64,000 nucleotides of DNA from Mytilus edulis (taxonomy: Eukaryota). The stretch lies in NCBI RefSeq assembly GCF_963676685.1, contig NC_092347.1, positions 73,222,001 to 73,286,000 of the forward strand, written 5' to 3'. Shown piece by piece: positions 13,495 through 26,480 of the stretch; position 1 is the first letter of the stretch, and every line of letters begins with the position of its first letter. Made by a program: the position numbers and the translations under genes. The notes under the pieces were generated by a model that had not been told where the DNA came from, made no database searches, and saw nothing but the letters and a program-made list of their open reading frames with translations.

Positions 13495-14740
13495 ATTTAT
13501 GCCGAGCGTAGAGATGCTAAAAGAATTTTGAGAGGTTTTGGACCTGCTGAATACCCCAAGAAGCTATAGAACAAATAAATCAAAATCGTGCTCTTTGGGT
13601 GTTTCCAAAAAACTTTCTTAATCTGAAAAAGCAAGTTCTGAGTTTATCATTTTTTTTACAATATTTTGGTCTCAACGCAACATGTTTAGGTAAAACTTAA
13701 GTTTTTAGGGACACCATCGAAAGACCAATATGTAGGATAAAGCAAAAAAAATTCGCATAGTTAAGTATATTGCTGCTGGTTTTTTTGGTTTTTTTTTTTT
13801 AAACTCTTGATCAAGTTAATAACAAAATTACTAAGTTACAAAAGGAATGCAACACTGACAGAATACAGAGAGGCAATCAATGAACAAAAGACAAATAATT
13901 AAGAAACATTGATAAAAAACCGAGGGGCTACCGCAAAGGGTGAACAGAACTTGTTTCTTGCGAGAAAGTCGCCGTGAAAACAATTTGATATGAAGACAAA
14001 TTTTTGGTTTTGAAAATTTCTACATGAGGCATTTGCCTCAATGTAGTTACGGCCCTGTATTAAAAGTGAGGTCGGTGTTCCTGAGACAATATACCTCAAG
14101 TTAAATGAAACCCATTTTAAGACATTTCGAGTATATCTAAATGATATTTATAATTTTATTATATAAAGAATTGGGAAGTGTTTCTCAATTTGGTTTTGGA
14201 AAAAAGATGAATTTTATGAAGAATCTGGTGCCATCTAATACTTTCGAATAGACCTGCATATTTATTTATTTTCAATACATTGTAAGTCAGGTTATTCATT
14301 TTCAAACTACCACAGAACAAACCATTTATGTTTGTGATTATCAAGTCTGAGTTATTTATTTTCAAAATCCTCCTGCCCCCCCCCCCCTTTTCCCATGAAT
14401 ATTAAATGGTCGTCCCCTAAATTCTCTAATTAATCTTTTAAAGATACAAACGAAACAGTTATTTTACAGCATTTGAATTGTATTTTAACATGCCTGAAAA
14501 CTTTTTCAAGTACACAGGTTTGTCTGTAATCGGACTAAATTTTGAGGTGGAAACGCAACCATTTTAGCAAAAGTGTCCACATGAAACTTAATGTCTGACT
14601 TAAATGTTGCTCGAAGCCAACATGTTTGTCAAGTTTGATAATACATTAAAAACTGCTTTGTTCAATTGTTTTCATATATTTTTTCTATCTGAACAGTATG
14701 CTTTTGATTTCAACTTCGTTTAAATTTTTTTTTGATTCGA

Positions 14741-14784
14741 GCGTCACTGATGAGTCTTTTGTAGACGAAACGCGCGTCTGGCGT
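14741..14784 (+). ncRNA. Type I hammerhead ribozyme (retrozyme-derived), intact core
   Basis: GCGTCA-CTGATGA-GTC(ttttgta)GAC-GAAA-CGCGCG-TC/TGGCGT gives the CUGAUGA and GAAA core, a GUC cleavage triplet (cut after 14778), stem I GCGTCA:TGGCGT and a minimal palindromic stem III. Confidence 0.85.
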
Positions 14785-17700
14785 TAATTGATTATGTCAT
14801 TGTTTGAGACAACATAACTTATTTGACAAAGTGAAATCTATAGATATCAAAGGGACAGTCAAACTCATAAATCGAAAATAAACTGACAAGGCCTGGCTAC
14901 AAATGAAAGAAGACAAACAGACAACCAATAGAACACATGTAACACCATAGAAAACTAAAGAATAAGCAACACGAACCCTACAAGATGTCCTCCATTACAC
15001 AAAATCAGTACGTGCACATATATTTTAGCATATTATGTGTGGTAAGAAAGATAAGTCATGATGGATTCGATGTGCCTTTTTCTGTTGTGAAAAACGTTAA
15101 ATAAAATCCAATTGAGCTCTTATCGTGTTTGATAGTTAAAAAGAAGCAAACCAACGAATAATAAAATTTATCTTATTTTTAATTTTCAAGTTAAATATCA
15201 GTCGCGCTGAATAACATGACTTTTTTTTACCAATCATCCTAATGATGACATATTGAATAAGTGTAATGTTAATCTAAAAAATGCCTGAAGTTATATCATG
15301 TCTTGCACAATAACCTGTAAGAAATTGCCAAGACTCAGAAAGGACACTAGACTAAGCCTTATAATTTTATACGCCAGACAATTTTTTTCTACATCAAACT
15401 CAATGGTGGCGCTCTAATAAAACCAGTTAAAAAGCTAAATGAAATACAAAGCTGACGATCATTAACAGTCGAATATTTCAAAAAGTTGTTACAAATACGG
15501 CTAAAGCAATCTTTTAAATTAACTTGGGTAATGAAGGTTGTTCATACTAATTTCTTATTTCTCAACACTTTAGTCACTTAAAAGTATAAAATTGTTACAT
15601 TTAGGAAAGCTAATGCATTGAAACGTGGAGCAAAATCGTACGCATGTACCTATAAAAGTTGAAAGCCATACTCGCCAAAAATATGGAAAGCAACGATTAA
15701 ATTCACATCGAGTGATATAGTCTAACAGTTTAGACCAACAACAAAAAAACAATCTCAGCATTAACAAATATGTAATCGGTGTTGAATGTTTCTATTCTGA
15801 ATGATTAATGTAATTTTATTTTAATATGAAATATTATGCCATCAACATATGTTGTGACATTATTATTAAAAGCCTCTTTTTGATATAGATCTTAAATTTC
15901 TACTATTTTCATGTAGTATTGGCTCAGATGAAATTTATTATTATAGCGCAAATGAAATGCCAATTGGCAAAACACAGCACCGATCTATGATATTTTAGTC
16001 AGCAGAGCTGACAACTTGGATAGTGATACCCTTTGGGACCAAACGTTAATCAGCAGTGATATCGATCAATTGGTTGAAAAAAAACTTGTCAAAGAGAAAA
16101 TTATTGGAACGCCAGAAACACGTTTCGTCTACATAAGACTCTTCAGCGACACTCTAATCCAAACAGTTGAAAGACCTTTGAACAGGTTCTGCCAGACAGA
16201 TTTTTCTCTTGTTTTGTAAAGTTCAATTTATTTTAATGTTTGTATGTATTTATGTTTTCATTTATTTATTTATGTATAAATTTATTTATCACCAGAAATC
16301 ACCATTGGTCAAGAAAATGCTCTTACCCTGAAACTTAACTATTTTGTCATGACAAAGGATAGACATATTGTTACCGGCATAAACATAACATACATAAAAA
16401 AAAAAACACACAAAGAACAACTATTTCACACTAAAATAAAAGGTTCATGTCTCTCATTTTTTATCTTAAGTAAATTGTTTTGTTATCAATCAGGCCGTTA
16501 GAGTTTCAAATTGATAGTTCCATATATCACATGTCGGTGCTTGAACTTTATAGCCAACTATACGTCATGAGTTTTTCTCATTGTTGAAGGCCGTACGGGT
16601 GCTTACATTTACTTTATTTGCACTTTGAAGGACCGTTACCCTTTTGGCAACCATACTTCTCCTTGTTTATATCAGCACTGGACACTCATTTGCAAATCAG
16701 TCGCCACCCTTTCTTAAAAATACAAATGCCTTGTAAATAGCCAAAATGTGCTGAATATCATTGGATTCATTAAATACCAAGTTTTTTAAAAGCTTCAGAC
16801 TAAAAAGTTGATATGCAATTTGAATTTAAAAAAAATGGGATTCTGAGTAAATCGATGTAGATTTTTTTCAGTCCTACGTGATTTATCAAAAATACCATGG
16901 TACAAATAAAATCACGTGAGACAAAATGAAATCCCATACTTTCAACATTCTATAAGATAAAAACTAAAATTAACTTTTTTATGTTGTGACGTTATACTAT
17001 TGTTTCAGAAAAAGGGAAAAGGTTTGGTACCATTAAAACGTTAAATCCCGCTGCAAATGTTTGCACCTGTCCTAAGTCAGTAATCTGATGTACAGTAGTT
17101 TGTGTAATTTATACGTGTTTCTCGTTTTTTATATAGATTAGACGGTTGGTTTTCCCGTTTGAATGCTTTTACACTAGTAATTTTGGGGCCCTTTATAGCT
17201 TATTGTTTGGTGTGAGTCAACTTGAAGGCTCCGTGTTGAAGGCAATACATTTACCTTAAATGGTTTACTTTTAAACATTGTTATTTGGATGGAGAGTTGT
17301 CTCATACCACATCTTCTTTTTTATATCATTGGCACTCACACAACATCTTCCTATAGTTATTTTGATATAAAGACAGCACAATGTACAAATACCATATGCA
17401 CTAAACTTCAGAACTAGAAGTTAATACTAAATAACATGAATCCTCACATATTTGGGTCCCGTTCTAGCCTAGTTTGCCTGGAATAAAGACAAGGGTATTT
17501 TATATCCAAAAAAAAAGATGTAGATTTATAATATGGTTCGTCTTATGCTGCTTTTTTATTACTTTTCCATGAACTCTAAAACCCGTATTTCAGAAAGTCA
17601 AGGTTGGCTTAATACTTTAGACGCTTAATGGTCAAAAGAAACCTAAACAAGATAGACAGAATCATCTAAATTAGCATGACTTTGAGATTTGAAACATTAT

Positions 17701-18221
17701 AGGTAACCCGAATGATGTCAGTCGTTATATTCCGCTGATCTCCGTCTAATCTCCGATTGCTACATTCCTCAATAGGCTAAAGGCCGCTAGAGGGTGCATT
17801 ATTACTCGTGTCACATTATAGGTTGTTTTCAAAAGAGAGGCAGAAGATCGAAAGAGAGGCGAAAGATAATAACAGGGTTTTCAAACTCATAAGTCGAATA
17901 CAAACCGACAATGCCTAGGCAAACAACGAAACCCACTAAAAGGGAAAAAATCTAAACAAAACACAACATAGAAAAAATAAAGATTCAACAACACAAACCC
18001 CGCAAAAGGGGTATTCAAACACATGAGTCAGAACACTTATTACTGGCTGATGAAAATTACCATCGGGGATTTACGATAGAAAGTGGATGACACGCTTACA
18101 TTATTTGCAAGTGTTTCTATAGGTCAACAATAAACATAAAAAAATCCAAATATGAAGATATGATTATCAATTTTTTTAAATTGATACAATGGATGCATTG
18201 CAGATTGTTTACCTAGTCACG

Positions 18222-18339
18222 TGCTCCGACGACATCAATTGGTGAATTGGTGGTCGCAAATCAAATCCACGGCGACGCTTAAGCAGAGCCAGTAAACGGG
18301 TATTGCCACCATCGAATCACTAATTGATGCCGTCGGAGC
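18222..18339. repeat. Inverted repeat (MITE-like)
   Basis: GCTCCGACGACATCAATTGGTGA is inverted as TCACTAATTGATGCCGTCGGAGC. Confidence 0.6.
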
Positions 18340-19878
18340 TTAAAATAGAATTATGTAATCTTCATTCTAATGAAACTGATAGAAAACAACGTTAACACAT
18401 GCATTTAAAAACTTGCATGTGTCGTCTGCGCATGCGCGTTCATTTACACAGCTTCAATTGTGATGCCATGAAAATTACTGACGTTACTCAATTAAAATGA
18501 ACGGTATCACCAATGTTGCATTAGAATATTAAATTGTTATCATCTTATGTCTTAGATTTTTGAACGGTAGCTTAAATTTCCAAGAAATGTCATAACGAGT
18601 TCATATGACTTGTAATTTTCTAATTGCGTGTGTATTGAAAAATTATCCATGTATAATAGAAGTTTTTAAGTACATGTTGTTTTTCATTTTCTGTCGTAGT
18701 TTCCGCGTTCATTTGTTTACACGTTTTATTTCCCTTTAAATAATTTTCTAATCAGGAAGAGTGTCGAAGACATTTATCAAACACTAGTAAATATAATAAA
18801 TACTGAATTTAGTTTTCTAACTAAAACAAATCTTATTTTGATAAAAACATCTTTTGTCAAAATCTAATATCCCCAATGTGTTTCTTCTTCTATAGCAATT
18901 TTTGATTGTGTGGTTTTAATGGAAAGTAACTGTATTTACTAACGTCTTCGAAGATGGCGACCACAAGTTTTTTTCTCATTTTAAAAAAATAACAAAGGAG
19001 TGCTTTCTAAGAAATACACAATGAGTCTGTCTAATTGTTTACTTAAAATTTAGTCTATCTTAATCAGGTTCATTCCTCCTATTCCCACTTTTTAAAAATC
19101 TGGTAAGAAAAGTTAAAATTTTATGTGGGAATTTGGGCAAACAAAGGATTATACTGAATAAACATTGTTAAATCAACTTTTAATTGACCATTGCTTTTTT
19201 ATAGGTAAAACATTATTTTTGTAAACGTATATGAATTTTGTGTTTATAATCTGAATAAATATGAAAGAAATGGAAACAAATATAGTAAAAATAATCATTT
19301 CTTGTATGAAACAAATTCAACAGTAGAGTCAAGAAAGCATTATAATACAAAACAAAAAGTTAACAACACTAAAACAAATCACATATTGTAACACATACAT
19401 TATAAATTTATTTTATATTAGTCTAACAAAGTGTATTAATATATTCAACGTGAATAAGGTGGGAACCATCATCACCAAACTGTACAAATCTAAAACAAAC
19501 TGACAACGCCATGGCTGTACTGTTGTGATTTCCTGGTTGAGGTATCTATTCATAAGCTCAATTTACGTTATTGTTTGACCAAATGAAATCGGTTGTTATT
19601 AAACAATACAAATGCACGATATAACCTCTATAATTAAAATGATTAAATTGTAGTTTAATTTAAACAACGTTATCAACAAAGGCGTGTTTATATATAAAAT
19701 AATTATTGCTTATCTTGTCTGTGCGAAAAATTAATATTGTTGCCATATCATACCAAATTCTTTGTTGATTATATTTAACTTTGAAAAAACAAATAGAGCC
19801 GAATTTATACATTTCAAATATACTTTTATGGTCCGAGAAAAGATTTTGATCCACACATGAGACATATTTAAAACGAAA

Positions 19879-20985
19879 GCAAACATTGGTTGATCACCCG
19901 TGAGACATGTTTAATAAATGAAAACAGTTTTGATCTTTGATTAAATATACAATAGAAAAACAACAAATTACAATTTTTGTTTGTATTCTAAGAGAAGGCA
20001 ATTCGTAATCAAACCTTGTTTTCGGCAAAACTGAACAGGCAAATGACGTTTACAAAACTGTTAATTATCATAAAATAATGACAAGAGCAATCCTTAGCAA
20101 TTTCAAGCTATTTTTTTTAGTCCGACTTTCGCATTGGAATCTGAACATGAGACAGCAAACATTGGTTGATCACTCGTGAGGCATGTTTATTAAATGAAAA
20201 CAGTTTTGATCTTTGATTAAATATACAATAGAAAAACAACAAATTACAATTTTTGTTTGTATTCTAAGAGAAGGCAATTCGTAATCAAACCTTGTTTTCG
20301 GCAAAACTGAACAGGCAAATGACGTTTACAAAACTGTTAATTATCATAAAATAATGACAAGAGCAATCCTCAGCAATTTCAAGCTATTTTTCTTTGTCCA
20401 ACTATCGCATTGGAATCTGAACATGAGACAGCAAACATTGGTTGATCACTCGTGAGTGATGTTTATTAAATGAAAACAGTTTTGATCTTTAATTAAATAT
20501 ACAATAGAAAAACAACAAATTACAATTTTTGTTTGTATTCTAAGAGAAGGCAATTCGTAATCAAACCTTGTTTTCGGCAAAACTGAACAGGCAAATGACG
20601 TTTACAAAACTGTTAATTATCATAAAATAATGACAAGAGCAATCCTTAGCAATTTCAAGCTATTTTTCTTTGTCCGACTTTCGCATTGGAATCTGAACAT
20701 GAGACAGCAAACATTGGTTGATCACTCGTGAGTGATGTTTATTAAATGAAAACAGTTTTGATCTTTGATTAAATATACAATAAAAAACAACAAATTACAA
20801 TTTTTGTTTGTATTCTAAGAGAAGGCAATTCGTAATCAAACCTTGTTTTATGCCAAACTGATTAGGCAAATGACGTTTACAAAACTGTTAATTATCATAA
20901 GAGAATAACTAGTAACTAGAGCAATCCGTAGTAATTTCAAGCTATATGTCTAGTTATTCTAATCCGACTTTCGCATTTTGATCTG
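19879..20985. repeat. Tandem satellite, about 4 x 276 bp
   Basis: GCAAACATTGGTTGATCAC recurs at 19879, 20155, 20431 and 20707 with high identity. Confidence 0.95.
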
Positions 20986-21034
20986 AGAAGCATTCATATA
21001 AAACAGGTGTATGTGGTTTTTTTCAAAGCATATA

Positions 21035-21378
21035 GACAATAACAATCAAAACCAAGGAGTAAACAAAGACTCATAAAACCAAAAGACATTTATATCAACA
21101 GTTATAAATAATAAATAAGAAACAACACAAACTCCACTAAAATCCGGGAGTGAAATCAGGTGCTCCGGAAGGGTAAGCATTTCCTGCACCGTATACGGCA
21201 CCCGTCGTGTTATTTCTTTGTTCAGTTCGGTAATGATGGAAGGTTATTATGACTGAGGAAGAATATCAGATATGATTTCTGACACACTTTTGTCATAATG
21301 GCCAAGCAGCTCATGATGGAGACCGTAAAATTTCTTGAGTGATGACCTTGATTTGATTGATTCATAGCCCTGTCTTAG
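21035..21378 (-). mobile_element. Penelope-like element 3' fragment
   Basis: Reverse complement of the 60460-60770 region (ORF end ...RQGYESIKSRSSLKKFYGLHHEL... plus 3' UTR). Confidence 0.8.
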
Positions 21379-22369
21379 TTTGACCTTACATATGCTGTAT
21401 TTGCTTAATAACACCTATAATCTAATACATAGTATGATAAAAATGTGGAAACTCAGAAGACATTAATCTTTTTTTATAAAAGGGTTAGGGGACATTTATT
21501 AAAATAGAGAAAAACTACATAAATGCTGTTTTAATCAAAATCTCAAATTTGCATCTTAACGTTACTTTACTGATCGTCATAAGTAATATTTTTTATCTAT
21601 GATTAAAATTATAACTAAATATTGACCGCTGTACCCCAATTTTGACATTTTTACCGATTATGTCTTGTTTGTTTTGTTCACACAGCGTTGTCAATATATT
21701 GGCATTTTATGCAAATGCCATACAAGTGAGAGGTTTACCTAGCTAATTTTAATAGGTTTAATCCACTATTTTCTACATTAGAAAATGTCTGTACCAAGGC
21801 AGGAATATGACAGTTGTTATCCATTCGTTTGATGTGTTTAAGATTTTGATTTTGCCATTTGATTTCGGACTCTCCGTTTTGAATTTTCTTCGGAGTTCGT
21901 TTTATTTATTTATTTTATTTTACTTTTTAAATTAGTTTAGTCAGTAATTAGTTTTAAGATAGCACAGGGATAACCAGAAATCTGAAATTAAAAATCACAT
22001 TTACGAAATTGAAATATTTGTAATGCAATATAAAGTAAGCAAACAAATTGAATTTTTCAAGAACAAATCAAAGGATATTTTACATGACTGTAGAGTCTGA
22101 ATTAAATCTAGGATACAACTCCTACCAACTCTTTGCATAGTTATCAATATTTAGTTACAACACGGATAAAAGTTAAATTACTAAACTTTAATGAAAATAG
22201 TGTTTTATCCGAGCTTCAGGATATCAGTTAGTTGATAAATAAAGAAATACTAAATATTCCGTCTTGAATAAAATTTGAAACCAAAAGGAAATCTTAAGTT
22301 TCTGTTGTTATTAAATGATGTGTTTTTATATAATAACTTTATTTGATAGAAGTTACTTAGTTCATTTTT

Positions 22370-25300
22370 TTCTCTCTCGCAGTGTCCGGTTTCATTTGTT
22401 TTAACACCAAAAGAAATCGTATGTCCCTCTTGATAATTTTCTTATAAGGAAGAGTATCTTAGAAAATATTTAACACTGAAAAGTGTTACATGTACTGAGT
22501 TATGTATTCTATGAGAAGGGAATTGGCTTTTCCACCTTTATTAAAGAAAATTTATGTTATAAAATTAGAATATATGCAAGTTAAAAGAAAATTTCAAACT
22601 TCAGTGGCGATAAGAATAAGTTTTTGCTTCGAGGACTTTACTCCAACTTTATTTTTAGGTTATTGCAATAATTAATTAAAAGATAAATACTCAAAGCGGC
22701 AATTATGCATATTAACAACTGTGTTATTAACAGTAAATGAATAAGACTTAACCAAAAAATAATACACATTCTTGGAGATGTTTTTCAAGTTATAATACGT
22801 ATTTTTTTCGCAAGAATCTTACTTGTTTGAATAAAAAATGTCTCTATTTTTGCACTATTTTGTTCACAAAATCATCGTTAATATTGTGTCTCTCTACAAA
22901 ATGACCTTTATTTTACAGATATTTAGTTATTTTCAACAAAAAATTGAAAACAACACGTTTAATAATTTCTTGCTTCGGAAGCACTTTTCTGGATTTACCT
23001 TCATCAGAAACGCTCAAAGCCAAACTTTTGAAATCCGAAGATGTATAAGTATCGAAACCGTTGAAGAGCTATATGTCAAAAATACCTAAAATAAATAGCC
23101 AAATTCATTTAAAGCCAACTTTGCCTGAGGGAGTTCCAAAAAGTAGATCTGCTAGTGTAGGAGAAAGGAATCACGTTTTCTATCTTTTAGATAATTCTGA
23201 TAAAAAATATAATTTATGCAAAGAAAAGATATAAGATTATGAGAGTGCCAATCTGCCTAAGAATCAAAAAGTGGAGGACATATGACAAACAAAAACCCAC
23301 CAAGCTGACATTAATTGATGTTCAAATTGTATAATGTTGCACCAATATCACAACATTTGTTTCCTTTTCTGTTATAATTATTCAAGATATTACTTGGTTG
23401 AAATGTGCCAGAAATTGACCATTAAAGGGAACAAGCTGGGTAATTTGCTATCATCCTATCAAAAATTTATCTAGAGATTTCCGAATTACCAGACGCGCAG
23501 AAACAAAGGACCTAGCATTTCTAACTCAGGACGAGGATAACTTCAAATTAGAATGATTAGGTTGGTGGAGTTTTTACTCGCTCGCGTTTTGAAATTTTTC
23601 AAAATTGCCAGATTCTTACAGAGACTGTCACTTCAGTCATGTGTAACTGGTAATAAATAATTGCTGAGAAGGAATTCAACCCGTTTTCATTTTCGAAGCT
23701 ATAAAACATTTTGCATTTTTCTGAAGATATGTCCAATTGGGAATGTCTGAAAAATTCTATAAGTGGCAATTTGAATCGAGTACAGTAAATTTTGTTAAAA
23801 GAAACCCAGCCGGACGAACTTAACAAAAGTTACATTATATGAAAAGTTTGATATTTGTCGGAACAATTTCGTTGGGTTTTTGACATAATTCAACACTTAA
23901 AAGTGCTACAGGGACTGAGTTATGTATTAGATGAAAAGGGAAACATATTTGCATTCCTTTTAAGGAAATGAATACTATAAAAACGTGGAAAAATTTGAAA
24001 TAATTATATAAAAATTTCAAATTTTATCTCGACAAAAATAATATATTTCTTCGCCGGAATTTACTCCATTCTTATTTTGAGGTCCAAACAATCTTGCGTT
24101 TATTGCAATATGTGATAAATTATTAATTTATAAAAAGTACTCAATTTGGAGAGTATACAAAGCCACTTTTTTATTAACAGAAATGAACAAGACAAGCAAA
24201 AACAATAATTCTTGGAAATATTAAGTTTATATGAACTATTTTCACCAGAATTTATTTGCTTGAATAAACAATGGCATGGTTTGCATTTGTTTACAAGAAC
24301 ATCGTTAATATTGTTCTCTTCTTTACATAATCCTTTATGTTATAGAAAAACATTCATCTTTTTCGGTCATGGTTTCTTGCTTCATTTATTTACACGTTTA
24401 AAGAAAAAGTAGTACCTTTCCTTATAATTTTGTCAACTGGAAGTGGCAATTTTTGTCGAGTGCAGTAAATTTTTATTAAAGAACAATGATGAACGTACAT
24501 TTTACGTAGAAAAACACATATTCTGTGAGAAGTTTATTATTTTTCGGTACATTTTGTTACGCTTTTAGACATAATTCAACGCTAAAAAGTGCTACATTAT
24601 GTGACTTATGTATAATAAGAAAATATCAAATCTTGGTGAAGATACAAATAACGCACTTCTTTGTCAATGTTTATCCAAAAAAAAAAATTGTTGTCCCAAA
24701 TAATTCGTGTGGTTATTACAATATGTGATCAAATTATAAATTCATAAAAAAAATTACTCAAATTGGCAATAATACGAAATGCCTTCTTTATTTTCAGAAA
24801 ATGACCACGACAAACATTCTGAACAAAAATAACAATTCTTGGAGACGTTAAGTTATAGACTCTTTTTTAACAGAATTGTATTTGCCTAAATAAAAAATGT
24901 CCTGTTTTGGTTTTGTTCATAAGAGCATCGTTAATAATGTATCGCTCTAAAGAATGGTTTTAATGTTACAGATATTTAGTTTTTTTTGTTTATTTATATT
25001 TTATGTCATGATTTCTGGTTTCATTTGTTAGTAACACATTTAACATTAAATGTTTAACAAAATAGTAATACCCTTTTAATAGTTTTCTCAACTGGATGAG
25101 TTTTTTTTTTGGAACTAAAACTTCATCTTCTGAGTTAAGTATTCTAAGATAATAAATAATGTTTTCTGTTTTTTTAATAATTTTGAAAATAAAAACATAA
25201 CGAATGCAAAGTATAGATTTAAGAATCGATGAGTGATAAACATAATTAATTGCTGAGAAGAAGTTCATCCCAATCTTATTTTCGATGTTTAAAAAAACAT

Positions 25301-26480
25301 TTTTATATTTTTCTGAACATATTACCAACTAGTTATGTCTGAAAAGATCTCGAAACGACAATTATAAATTCGAGTTCAGTAAATTTAAATCTAAAAATAA
25401 AACAGACAGACGCACTTGTCAAATTTAACATTATGTTTGAAGTTAAGCTGTTTATATAATTTTTTTGTCAAATTTTATTCGTTTTAATATAGAATATTCT
25501 TCTATGCATTTTGTTTCAAAACACTGCAGTGACTGTGTTGTTTTCAAATAGGTACCGACAGTAATGGAGACATGTATAGAGCTTTATCAAAAAGACACAT
25601 TTTGTAAAATATTATTTATACTCTTGAATATTCTATTCAATGTGGGTTGAAAGAAACGTTTTCCCTTGTTTTACTTCTTTATAAACTCATCTTGCGTCGG
25701 TAAGGAAAGACTGTTCTTTGTATGGGACTTTGCAAATTCGTTCTAAATTCTATAAATAATTATAATTTAATATATATTTTGTTTTCAGTTTTTATCCAAA
25801 AATCAGGCCATATGAAATGAATTATAAATATACTTAAATCTCTAATTTTAAATCAAAATTGAAAACATCCGGGAATCTCAAGTACCTGTTGTTATTCAAT
25901 ATTGTTTACTCAGTGGTTGACCTTTCTTTATAAGTTCATTGAATTATTTAGTTCATAAATATTGTCACATTCTCCAGTTTCATTTGTTTAAACATCGCAA
26001 TAAATCGTAGTTTCCTTATAATAGCTTTTCTCAACAGGAAGAATACTGATAACATTTGTCGGCATGAATATTAAACATTTTCTGAGCTGTGTTTTTTTGA
26101 GAGAAGGGAAGCCTTTTCCCATCCTTTTAAATTATGGTATAAAGTCAAAATTAATGCAAAGTACGACAAAATGTGGGAATTTGATGTTTTTAAAAATAAA
26201 TAATTACTAAGAAGGATTCACCACGACTGTATTTGCTGGTTTGAAAACAATGTGGAATTTATACGAACGTGTTACCAAATTGAAAATGCATTAAAAGTGC
26301 TCAGAAATGCATTTTTTTTATGTCTATTTTGGAAAATGACTCAAACGGACATTTCGAAACAAAAACGAAAATGCTTAGAGAAGTAAAGCTGTAATTTTTT
26401 TTGCGGAAAATTTTCGTTTAAATTTTGGATATCCTTTCTTTTCCATTTTTTTTTACAAAAAGACGGCATTGTTTTTTCCA
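22370..26480. repeat. Ancient, highly diverged tandem duplication (unit about 600-650 bp)
   Basis: TTCATTT(G/A)TT...CC...TAA..TTTT....GGA.GAG recurs near 22390, 24380, 25020, 25978 (and 18708). TATT(G/A)CAATA...TACTCAA recurs near 22661, 24101 and 24714. Confidence 0.6.

Noticed and set aside
25551-25590. ag|GTACCGACAGTAATGGAGACATGTATAGAGCTTTATCA resembles the start of gene 1 exon 4 (possible pseudo-exon)
   Set aside because: It needs a frameshift, the similarity ends after about 38 nt, and it lies in the degenerate repeat array; probably chance.
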